NCBI GenBank assembly: GCA_022616595.1
Contig: JAKEEL010000094.1
Span: forward strand, 1-33,626
Source of the DNA: Methylococcaceae bacterium
GTDB taxonomy: Bacteria > Pseudomonadota > Gammaproteobacteria > Methylococcales > UBA1147
Reading direction: 5' to 3'
DNA length: 33,626 nt
Part shown: piece after piece, positions 8,333-16,350 of the stretch
How the letters are laid out: each line of letters begins with the position of its first letter
How positions within the stretch are numbered: the first letter of the stretch is position 1
Notes under the pieces: generated by a model
Told to the model about the DNA's origin: nothing
Databases searched by the model: none
The model's input: only the letters and a program-made list of their open reading frames with translations
Position numbers and translations under genes: made by a program

Positions 8333-8353
8333 TCTTCGAGGGATCACCCCCGA

Positions 8354-9757
8354 GTGGAAAGTACCCAACCAGAAAATTGCAAGCCTGCGTTGTTCATCAC
8401 CGGTTCGTCCGGTTTTGTCGGAAAACGTCTCTTGCACCACATCGATCCCGAGCGTTTTTCGAAGATTACGCTGCTGACCCGACGCAAAATCCAATTGCCA
8501 AGTCACCTTGCGAACCTCGGGACAGTCCAGCAGATTTCAGGATCGATCGACGACTCGGCGCATTATGCGGCTTTTCTGGGCCCGGACACGCGAGTCCTGC
8601 ATCTCGCGGGGCTGACCGGAAAGGCGGAGCGCAAAGCCTATTTCGAAACCAATACCCGCAGCACGGAACGCTTGATCCATGCGGCCGAACGGGCCGGAGT
8701 CCACGCCTTTCTGTTGATCAGTTCGATTGCGGTATCCTTCAAGGACCGTGCGGGCTACCACTACGCGGAGTCGAAACAACTCGCCGAACACAAACTTCAA
8801 GCCAGCCGGCTTCGATATTGCATCGTACGGCCGACCATGATTCTCGGCGTGGCCTCGCCGGTCCTGGCGAACTTGTCTTCTCTCGCGAAAGGCCCGGTGA
8901 TTTTGCAACCGGGCAACGGAAAAATCCCGATCCAGCCGATCGATGTCGATGACTTGGCCGGGCTGCTCCTTGCGATCATCGAAGAAGACGCGTTCGGAAA
9001 CAATGTGCTGGAACTCGGTGGCCCGGAAATCATCAGCATGGGGGAATTCCTGCAGAAAATTCACGCGGCCTGCCATCAACAACGCGGAGTTGTGATCCGG
9101 CTTCCGCTCGGATTGATTATCTGGAGCCTCCGGATTCTTGAAAGAATCATCGGGAGGTATTTACCGGTTACCTCGGGGCAGTTCGCGTCTTTCCGCAATC
9201 CCGGCACGATTGAACCCGATCCGTGGTTCAACGGGCACGCAGGCAAATTGAGAAACGTCGATTCCATGCTGTCCCACTTGGTCGCTGCCCGGACCGGCGC
9301 CCCGCAGGATACACTCGCTGCCGAATGCTCGGTTTATACCCGCTACCTGGCCGGCCAGGAGCCGGACGCGTATATCCAGCGGAAATATGCCGAGGCCTTC
9401 GAACCCGGCCGGCCTCTAGCGATCCGGGCCCGCTCCCGATTTGAATCGATGATCGAGAAACTATCCGCAAAAAATCCCATCTATACGCGCGCGGTCGATG
9501 GCTATTGCAAATTCTTTTTTCGCGAAGCGATGGTCCGGAAAAAAGTGGTTTTGTTGCTCGCAATCCTCGAATGCCGGGCCGAAACAGCCGGAAAAATCGA
9601 TCATGCCGATCAACTCGCTGCGCCCCTGATGCTTGTGACTTTTTTGACCCAGATCACACGCTCGATTCTATTGCTGATTGTCGCAACCCTCCTGCTGAGT
9701 CCGGTACGGCTGGCATTGAATGCTCTCGAACGTCTATCCGAAACACGGCATGGCTGA
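8354..9757 (+). CDS. NAD(P)-binding SDR (epimerase/dehydratase/reductase-like) fused to a C-terminal extension of about 140 aa with a membrane segment
   Basis: ORF 8354..9757(+). The GTG start has a GAGGGA SD 10 nt upstream. The N-terminus LFITGSSGFVGKRLL is a Rossmann motif. YAESK is the YxxxK. The C-terminus (VVLLLAILE..., LMLVTFLTQITRSILLLIVATLLLSPV) is hydrophobic. Confidence 0.8.
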   Translation: MESTQPENCKPALFITGSSGFVGKRLLHHIDPERFSKITLLTRRKIQLPSHLANLGTVQQISGSIDDSAHYAAFLGPDTRVLHLAGLTGKAERKAYFETNTRSTERLIHAAERAGVHAFLLISSIAVSFKDRAGYHYAESKQLAEHKLQASRLRYCIVRPTMILGVASPVLANLSSLAKGPVILQPGNGKIPIQPIDVDDLAGLLLAIIEEDAFGNNVLELGGPEIISMGEFLQKIHAACHQQRGVVIRLPLGLIIWSLRILERIIGRYLPVTSGQFASFRNPGTIEPDPWFNGHAGKLRNVDSMLSHLVAARTGAPQDTLAAECSVYTRYLAGQEPDAYIQRKYAEAFEPGRPLAIRARSRFESMIEKLSAKNPIYTRAVDGYCKFFFREAMVRKKVVLLLAILECRAETAGKIDHADQLAAPLMLVTFLTQITRSILLLIVATLLLSPVRLALNALERLSETRHG

Positions 9758-11366
9758 TTTTACCGTGGTCGGTTCGGGTGCGAGCGGGGTGCATTTTGCA
9801 TTCAGCGCGCTCGATCACGGCCGTTCGGTCGAAATGGTTGACGTAGGCTGGACTCCGGAGGCATCGGTCAATCCGAAGGATTCGTTTGCAGACCTGAAAC
9901 AGGCACTCGCAGACCCGGCGGCCTATTTTCTCGGCCGGAATTTCGAAGGGGTGTTGCTGCCGGGAACGGCCGGAGAGTTTTATGGCATTCCTCCGTCCAA
10001 AGAATATGCGCTGCGTCCAGTGCATCAATTCGGCATCGAGGGGGAAAATTTCGCGCCCTTGTCTTCGTTTGCCCAAGGCGGGCTCGCGGAAGCCTGGACC
10101 GGCGGTTGCTATCCGTTTAACGAGCACGAACTCGAAGACTTTCCGTTTTCCTACAATGAAATTGAGCCGTTCTACGCCCGGGTCGCGGGACGGATCGGAA
10201 TCAGCGGCGAAAATGACGACCTCGCGCCCTCCGTCCCGTTTCATCCGGGGCTCCAGGAGCCTTTGAAACTGGACCAGCATTCCGCGCTGCTATTGTCGCT
10301 TTACCGCGGCAAGAAAAGGACATTCCAGTCAAAACTGGGCTGTCGGATCGGACGGGCCCGCCAAGCCGTACTAAGCCGGGATTCGGGCGACAGACAATCC
10401 TGCGACTATCTCGGCAGGTGCTTGTGGGGATGCCCGCGCAACGCACTTTACACTCCGGCGGTTACGCTTAAGGAATGTTTAAAGCACCCGCAGTTTACCT
10501 ATACAAACGGGCACTATGTTCGCTATTTTCGATACAACGATTCGCGACGCATCGAAACAATCGTTCTGCAGGCCGTGGACGGGCAGAACAGCCGGGAAAT
10601 TCCGGTGAACACCCTGGTGCTGGCCGCCGGTACGCTGGGCAGCTCCAGAATTCTGCTGGAGTCGGTCTTTCGGGAGAGCGGCGAGGTCATCCGGCTGCAT
10701 GGACTCATGGACAACCGCCAGATACTGGTCCCCTTTCTGAACCTGTTCATGCTCGGGAAATCCTTTGAGGCGCAAAGTTATCAATACAATCAACTTGCGA
10801 TGGGCTTCGACGCCGAGCATCCCAAGCATTACATTCACTGCCTGATCACGGCGCTCAAAACATCCATGATCCACCCGATTGTCGATAAGTTTCCCTTCGA
10901 CCTGAAAACCTCATTACACCTGTTCCGAAATTTGCATGCCTCACTCGGCCTGGTCAATGTCAATTTCCACGATACCCGGCGTCGACAGAACTATTTGACC
11001 CTGGATATCACGAACAATCCCGAACATCCAATACTCAAGGTTCATTATTGCGCGCCCGAAAACGAACGGCAAAGACTCGATTCGGCTTTGAAGCGGGTCA
11101 AACAAGCCTTGTTTCGCTTGGGTTGCATTGTTCCACCGGGGATGGCCCACCTGCGCCCGATGGGAGCCAGCGTCCATTATGCCGGCACGCTGCCGATGAC
11201 AAACGATCGTGCCGGGAAATGGAGCACGGGCCCGGATTGCCGCAGCAACGACTTCAAGAACCTTTTCGTGGTCGACGGGAGTACTTACCCTTTTTTACCG
11301 GCAAAGAACACTACATTTACATTGATGGCCAATGCAATGCGCGTGGCCGACATTCTTTCGACCTAA
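9750..11366 (+). CDS. GMC-family FAD-dependent oxidoreductase
   Basis: ORF 9720..11366(+), trimmed to ATG 9750 (MADFTVVGSGASGVHFA, a GxGxxG motif). The C-terminal motif FVVDGSTYPFLPAKNTTFTLMANAMRVA is typical of GMC C-domains. The start overlaps the upstream stop (ATGGCTGA). Confidence 0.85.
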   Translation: MADFTVVGSGASGVHFAFSALDHGRSVEMVDVGWTPEASVNPKDSFADLKQALADPAAYFLGRNFEGVLLPGTAGEFYGIPPSKEYALRPVHQFGIEGENFAPLSSFAQGGLAEAWTGGCYPFNEHELEDFPFSYNEIEPFYARVAGRIGISGENDDLAPSVPFHPGLQEPLKLDQHSALLLSLYRGKKRTFQSKLGCRIGRARQAVLSRDSGDRQSCDYLGRCLWGCPRNALYTPAVTLKECLKHPQFTYTNGHYVRYFRYNDSRRIETIVLQAVDGQNSREIPVNTLVLAAGTLGSSRILLESVFRESGEVIRLHGLMDNRQILVPFLNLFMLGKSFEAQSYQYNQLAMGFDAEHPKHYIHCLITALKTSMIHPIVDKFPFDLKTSLHLFRNLHASLGLVNVNFHDTRRRQNYLTLDITNNPEHPILKVHYCAPENERQRLDSALKRVKQALFRLGCIVPPGMAHLRPMGASVHYAGTLPMTNDRAGKWSTGPDCRSNDFKNLFVVDGSTYPFLPAKNTTFTLMANAMRVADILST

Positions 11367-11378
11367 GGATCGAGCGAT

Positions 11379-12386
11379 ATGATGAAAAAAGTATTTTCGT
11401 TGATCATCGTGGCGGGCATCATGGCGCTGGCCCTGATTTACGCCCTCTGGGATGTTAATTTCAAGGAACTCGGAGACCTGCTGAAAGGGGGTGATTACCG
11501 GACCCTGGTACCGATCCTCTGCTGCGTATTTTTGTTTTTCTGGCTGAAGGCGGTCCGCTGGATTGTGATCCTGCGTCCCCTGGGACATTTCAAGGTTGCG
11601 CAGGTTACACCCCCGATGATGATCGGATTCGCAGGCAGTAACGTATTGCCCGGTCATTTGGGAGAACTGATCCGGACTGGAATTTTTTCGCATCGGTTTT
11701 CATGTACTGTGAGTGGAACTTTCGTCACGATAATCGTTGAAAGAATTTTCGATATCGTTGCGATCTTTGCGCTGTATGAAGCCGGTATCGCGATCATCGA
11801 CTCGGCTCCCGAATCGTTGAAAATCGGGGCCTGGTTCATCGCTCCGCTGTTGGCCGGCCTGCTTGCGGGAATCCTGCTCATGCTATGGAAACCCGGAATC
11901 GTTCTCGGCCTCTGGGGTTTTTTCGGCTGTTGGTTTCCTAGTGCCTTTCAGGAAAAAGTCCACGGCATCATCAACAATGTGATCACCGCGTTTTCTTCCC
12001 TGAAATCACTGGCCTCGGTGTTCGTACTGGTCGTCCTGTCGTTCCTGAAGTGGATTTTGATGGCGGGGATTATATGGTTCTCTCTTTACGCCTACGGACA
12101 ATTCATATCTCTCCAATTGACCTTCGTCCTTCTCGGTGTGTTGACTCTCGCAACCACGGTTCCGAACGCACCGGGATTCATCGGCGCGATTCAAGCGGCT
12201 TTCGTGTTCGCGTTGAAACCTTTCGGGATCTCCGAAGAAATCGCGTTTGCATCCAGCGTATTGTTCCTTGGCAGTCAATGGGTTCCGGTCACTGCGATCG
12301 GCGCCGTTTACTTTATCTCCGGTGGTCTGCATCTGTCCGATGTCAGAAAAGAGATTGAAGAGGTTGAAGAAGCCTCACTACTGTGA
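11379..12386 (+). CDS. UPF0104 family membrane protein (lysyl-PG synthase TM-region / flippase-like)
   Basis: ORF 11379..12386(+), with about 8 TM helices. The N-terminus MMKKVFSLIIVAG...WDVNFKELGDLLKGGDY...FLFFWLKAVRWIVIL matches the typical UPF0104 layout. An AAGGA SD lies 8 nt upstream. Confidence 0.8.
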   Translation: MMKKVFSLIIVAGIMALALIYALWDVNFKELGDLLKGGDYRTLVPILCCVFLFFWLKAVRWIVILRPLGHFKVAQVTPPMMIGFAGSNVLPGHLGELIRTGIFSHRFSCTVSGTFVTIIVERIFDIVAIFALYEAGIAIIDSAPESLKIGAWFIAPLLAGLLAGILLMLWKPGIVLGLWGFFGCWFPSAFQEKVHGIINNVITAFSSLKSLASVFVLVVLSFLKWILMAGIIWFSLYAYGQFISLQLTFVLLGVLTLATTVPNAPGFIGAIQAAFVFALKPFGISEEIAFASSVLFLGSQWVPVTAIGAVYFISGGLHLSDVRKEIEEVEEASLL

Positions 12387-12506
12387 ACCAATCCCGATGC
12401 GGGTGAGGTCATTCCGATGAACCTCGGGACATCGAGCGGCAACCGCATGGTTTTTACCCGACTCGAGTCCGTCAGGAGGCGGTCGCGACCGGCCTTGCGA
12501 TGACTC

Positions 12507-12536
12507 AAAATTCGTGCCTAAGCACGTAATTTTTTA
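12507..12536. terminator. Hairpin flanked by an A-tract and a T-tract (bidirectional terminator-like)
   Basis: The sequence is aaaattCGTGCctaaGCACGtaatttttt. The 5-bp GC core can be extended by A/T pairs. There is a T6 tract on the plus strand and TTTT on the minus strand. Confidence 0.55.
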
Positions 12537-12578
12537 AGAATTCAGGGGCCTGCGGATGCCCTTTTGCCGTCCCCGTAC

Positions 12579-12625
12579 TTACCCACAAATATTGTGCGTA
12601 AGTCTGTGGATAAGTTTGTGTATAT
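12579..12625. promoter_or_regulatory. Cluster of DnaA-box-like 9-mers
   Basis: TTACCCACA at 12579-12587 has 1 mismatch to TTATCCACA. TGTGCGTAA at 12593-12601 has 2 mismatches to the complement TGTGGATAA. TGTGGATAA at 12605-12613 is perfect. TGTGTATAT at 12617-12625 has 2 mismatches. A further 1-mismatch box, TGTTGATAA, lies at 12797-12805. Confidence 0.35.
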
Positions 12626-12661
12626 TCTCCGCGTCCCCATGGATTCGTGGCTCGGTATCAG

Positions 12662-12690
12662 ATTGTAGAAATTTTTTACAATTTTGTGAA
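12662..12690 (-). promoter_or_regulatory. Near-consensus sigma70 promoter reading leftwards
   Basis: The minus strand reads TTCACA-(17 nt)-TACAAT. The -35 is at 12690-12685 and the -10 at 12667-12662, each 5/6 to consensus. It sits in the AT-rich core of a spacer between convergent genes, so no annotated gene lies downstream. Confidence 0.4.
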
Positions 12691-12865
12691 TGTTCATTTA
12701 TTATTATTAGAATATAAAGAGATACGAATCCTTCTTGATCCTATGGCTACACAATTTCTCGGAAACCGCAATCATTTTCGAGACGCTGGCGCGGTCTGTT
12801 GATAAAAGCAGGCGACGGGCTGTGACGATGAACCATTTTGGTTCATTTCCAGTACGGACAATGTA

Positions 12866-15800
12866 CTACAAGTGCCGCCGGTATTTCCCGCCGACCTCGG
12901 TCAGGACCGCGGTGATTTGTCCGAGGCTCAAGACCCGTACCGCGTCCATCAGTACGGCGAAAATATTTTCGTTGTGAATCGCGGCGCGTCGAATCGCGGA
13001 GAGCGCTTTTTCGGCTTGCCCATCGTGATTCTTTTTAAAAGCCTTCACGCGATTGATCTGTTCGAATTTTTCAGCCGCGCTGGAACGGGCTACGGCAAAG
13101 GTTTTCGCCGTTTCGGGCTCTTTTCTTAAAAATTTGTTCACCCCGATGATCGGCAGGCTGCCGTCGTGTTTGCGGGATTCATAGAGCAGGGACTCCTCCT
13201 GAATCCGGTTGCGTTGATAACCTCTTTCCATCGCCCCGAGCACGCCGCCGCGTTTCGACAGGTTATCGAACTCCTGCAACACGGCTTCTTCCAATGTATC
13301 GGTCAATTGTTCGATGAAAAAGGAACCCTGCGAGGGATTTTCATTCAGACTCGGGCCCCACTCCTGATTCACGATCATCTGAATCGCCATCGCTTTGCGC
13401 ACGGTTTCTTCCGAGGGGGTGGTGACCGCTTCATCGCTGGCATTGGTATGCAGGCTGTTGCAGTTGTCATTGAACGCGGTCAGGGCCTGCAGGGTGGTCC
13501 GGATGTCGTTGAAGTCCGTCTCATCGGCATGCAGCGAGCGGCCCGAGGTCTGCACGTGGTATTTGAGCTTCTGGCTGCGCGCGTTCGCATGGTAATGTTC
13601 CCGCATCGCGACCGCCCAGATCCGGCGGGCGACGCGGCCGATCACCGCGAATTCCGGGTCCATTCCGCAGGAAAAGAAAAACGACAGGTTCGGCGCGATC
13701 TCGTCGATCCTCATGCCGCAGGCCAGGAAGGCTTCGACGTAGGTGAATCCGTTGGCCAGTGTAAAGGCGAGCTGGGTGAGGGGATTACCCCCGGCTTCCG
13801 CGATATGGTAGCCGGATATCGAAACCGAATAGAATTTCCGGATGGCATGTTCGATAAAATATTGCTGAACATCGGCCATGAGTTTCAAGCTGAAGGCAGT
13901 GGAAAAGAGGCAGGTGTTCTGTCCCTGATCTTCCTTCAGGATATCGGCCTGGACCGTTCCGCGCACGCTTTGCAGAGTTTTGTCACGGATCGCCTGTTTC
14001 TCACCGGGATCGGGCAGCCGGTTGTGGAGCGACTGAAATCGATCCGCCTGCTGATCGATCGCGGTATTGAAAAACATCGCGAGCAGAATCGGCGCCGGCC
14101 CGTTAATCGTCATGGATACCGAGGTCTTGGGATCGCACAAGTCGAATCCCTGATACAGGATCTTCATATCGTCGAGAGTCGCGACCGAAACACCGGAGTT
14201 TCCGATCCGCCCGAAAATGTCCGGCCGCGTATCGGGATCGGCGCCGTACAGTGTGACCGAATCGAATGCGGTCGAAAGCCGGATGGCCTCGCTTTCGGCG
14301 GACAGGAACTTGAAACGTTGATTGGTCCGCTGCGGCCCGCCTTCACCGGCGAACATGCGTGTCGGCGGCTCGTCGCTGCGCCGGTACGGAAATACTCCCG
14401 CGGTAAACGGGAAATGACCCGGCAAATTTTCCAGCATCAACCACTTGAGGATATCCCCGTGGTCACGATAGCGCGGTACAGCGACTTGCGGAATCGGCAG
14501 TCCCGAGGGGCTCTTCTTGCTCGGAGGCGATTCCGAGTCCCGGGGATCGGCCGAGGTCCCGTCCTCAAGCCATTGATCGAGCACATTCCGCGCGCTCGGG
14601 TCCATCTCGAGCCGCAATCCCGTTACCCTGGCCGCAAACGGATGGATCATTTCCGGAGCCGAATCGAATAAAGCCCGGACTTCCTCGAGCTGCTGGAGAG
14701 TCCTTGCAAGATCGCTTTGCTTTTCGACATGCTCGCGGTAAGCTCTGAGCGTCGATGCGATTTCCGCGAGATAACCGGACCGCGACGCGGGCAGAATCGC
14801 TTCCTGTGCGCGCAAGCATCGAGCCGCATCGGATTCGTCCGCGGCAATGGGCGGCTTGAGTCCGTGTTTCTGAAGCAAATCGATGAGTCTGTCGAAAAGA
14901 CGATCCAATCCAGCGCTATGCGTTTGGGATGCAATCGTAGCAATTACCGGCATTTCCTCCAATGGTCGATCGAAATCCTGACGATTTCGCTGAATTTGCT
15001 TGCGCACGTCGCGCAGCGCATCCTCGGCGCCGATCTGGTCGAATTTATTCAGAGCGACGAGGTCGGCGTAATCGAGCATGTCGATTTTCTCCAATTGCGT
15101 CGCGGCCCCGAATTCGGGCGTCATCACATACAGGCTTACGTCAGCCAGCGCAGTGATCGAGACCGAACCCTGACCGATTCCCGGTGTTTCGACGATCACC
15201 AGATCCTGCTCGGAGGCGACCAGCGCATTGATCAGTTCGGTCAATGTTCGCGGCAGTTCGGTCGGTGAATTCCGTGTCGCGACCGATCGGAAGAATATCT
15301 CCGGCGCGTCGATCGCGTTCATCCGAATCCGGTCGCCGAGCAGTGCGCCGCCGGATTTCCGGCGCGAAGGATCTGCCGCAAGTACCGCGATCCGAAGGCG
15401 GTTGCCATATCGCAGCCTGAAGCGAAGTATCAGCTCATCGAGCAGCGAGGATTTCCCGGACCCTCCGGTACCGGTCACGCCGATCACCGGGGTCAGGGAT
15501 TTTCTGTCGTGCGCCATTTGAAATAAACGCTGGCGATCCCGTAAAGGGAGCGATCCCGACTCGATCCGTGACAGCATTCGGGCAAGTGTCCGCGGCGTGA
15601 ATTGTTCGGGCAGCGCGCACCCGGCATTTCGCCGAATCTCCGAGACATTGGCGCCACAACGTTTCAATACATCCTCGACCATGCCTTTGAGTCCGAGCTG
15701 TTGTCCTTCCTGCGCGGAGTAGATGTGTTCGACGCCGTACTCGTGCAATTGTTTGATTTCGTCCGGCAGGATCACTCCCCCGCCGCCGCCGAAAACCCGG

Positions 15801-16108
15801 ATATCTCCGGCGTCGGATTCCTTGAGACGGTCGATCAGATATTTGAAATACTCGAGATGGCCGCCTTGATAGGAGCTGACAGCGATTCCCTGCACATCTT
15901 CCTGAATCGCGGCCGAAACGATTTCGTCCACCGAGCGGTTGTGACCGAGGTGGATGACCTCGGCTCCCGAAGCCTGAAGAACACGCCGGATCACGTTGAT
16001 CGCCGCATCGTGTCCGTCGAACAAGCTGGTCGCGGTCAAAAATCGCAGCGGATGGCGATTTCCGCGAGGCTGGGGTGCATGACTTGTGTCGGACAATGGC
16101 AAGGACAT
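12866..16108 (-). CDS. icmF: Fused isobutyryl-CoA mutase (B12-binding domain + MeaB-like G-protein + mutase catalytic domain)
   Basis: ORF 12866..16234(-). The N-terminal B12 domain is SLFDGHDAAINVIRRVLQASGAEVIHLGHNRSV...VSSYQGGH. The P-loop is GVTGTGGSGKSSLLDEL. The large C-terminal domain is methylmalonyl-CoA-mutase-like. I trimmed the start to ATG 16108 (MSLPLSD...), which has AGGAGG upstream. Confidence 0.93.
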   Translation of the reverse strand: MSLPLSDTSHAPQPRGNRHPLRFLTATSLFDGHDAAINVIRRVLQASGAEVIHLGHNRSVDEIVSAAIQEDVQGIAVSSYQGGHLEYFKYLIDRLKESDAGDIRVFGGGGGVILPDEIKQLHEYGVEHIYSAQEGQQLGLKGMVEDVLKRCGANVSEIRRNAGCALPEQFTPRTLARMLSRIESGSLPLRDRQRLFQMAHDRKSLTPVIGVTGTGGSGKSSLLDELILRFRLRYGNRLRIAVLAADPSRRKSGGALLGDRIRMNAIDAPEIFFRSVATRNSPTELPRTLTELINALVASEQDLVIVETPGIGQGSVSITALADVSLYVMTPEFGAATQLEKIDMLDYADLVALNKFDQIGAEDALRDVRKQIQRNRQDFDRPLEEMPVIATIASQTHSAGLDRLFDRLIDLLQKHGLKPPIAADESDAARCLRAQEAILPASRSGYLAEIASTLRAYREHVEKQSDLARTLQQLEEVRALFDSAPEMIHPFAARVTGLRLEMDPSARNVLDQWLEDGTSADPRDSESPPSKKSPSGLPIPQVAVPRYRDHGDILKWLMLENLPGHFPFTAGVFPYRRSDEPPTRMFAGEGGPQRTNQRFKFLSAESEAIRLSTAFDSVTLYGADPDTRPDIFGRIGNSGVSVATLDDMKILYQGFDLCDPKTSVSMTINGPAPILLAMFFNTAIDQQADRFQSLHNRLPDPGEKQAIRDKTLQSVRGTVQADILKEDQGQNTCLFSTAFSLKLMADVQQYFIEHAIRKFYSVSISGYHIAEAGGNPLTQLAFTLANGFTYVEAFLACGMRIDEIAPNLSFFFSCGMDPEFAVIGRVARRIWAVAMREHYHANARSQKLKYHVQTSGRSLHADETDFNDIRTTLQALTAFNDNCNSLHTNASDEAVTTPSEETVRKAMAIQMIVNQEWGPSLNENPSQGSFFIEQLTDTLEEAVLQEFDNLSKRGGVLGAMERGYQRNRIQEESLLYESRKHDGSLPIIGVNKFLRKEPETAKTFAVARSSAAEKFEQINRVKAFKKNHDGQAEKALSAIRRAAIHNENIFAVLMDAVRVLSLGQITAVLTEVGGKYRRHL

Positions 16109-16350
16109 GGCCAATCGAAACCTCCTGACGTACCGGCCGAGACGGGTCGGGTTCGCGACAACGGCGATGGGGCAATACGGCCCCGAAGCGGCGGATATCG
16201 ACTGGCAAGTCGAATTTCCGGCCCTTCCAGGCACATGCTCGTTAGATTGTTAAGGCCGGTGATCGTTCAGTGCCGGAACATAGCGCAGAATTTCTCAGTC
16301 TAACGGCGCGTTACCCGCAAATCTGTCGCTATCGAAAAAGGTGGACTCTC

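Noticed and set aside
12397-12455. Large hairpin (ATGCGG...CCGCAT enclosing GAGGT...ACCTC) followed by T5 just after the UPF0104 gene, as a possible terminator or structured RNA.
   Set aside because: The outer stem is only 6 bp and closes a 40-nt, partly unpaired interior. The T-tract is offset by 2 nt. This is too weak to call, and the hairpin at 12507-12536 is the better terminator candidate.
12590-12630. Possible dif (XerC/D) site, suggested by the convergent gene orientation and a TGTATA core at 12619-12624.
   Set aside because: The flanking arms match the gammaproteobacterial dif consensus (GGTGCGCATAA / TTATGTTAAAT) at only a few positions.
12545-12697. 51-codon minus-strand ORF (MNIHKIVKNFYNLIPSHES...) across the DnaA-box cluster.
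   Set aside because: Its ATG lies upstream of the predicted -35 of the only good promoter. It has no SD and its composition is unremarkable. The region is more parsimoniously non-coding.
13166-14671. 501-aa plus-strand ORF, plus other long ORFs at 14717..15268 and 15602..16303.
   Set aside because: They are antisense to icmF, which has a continuous and highly recognisable translation. Their composition is Arg/Gly/Pro-biased with no motifs.
16109-16350. Cobalamin riboswitch upstream of the B12-dependent icmF.
   Set aside because: I read the minus-strand leader and found no B12-box-like element or the conserved GCCACTG core. The region looks like an ordinary divergent promoter.
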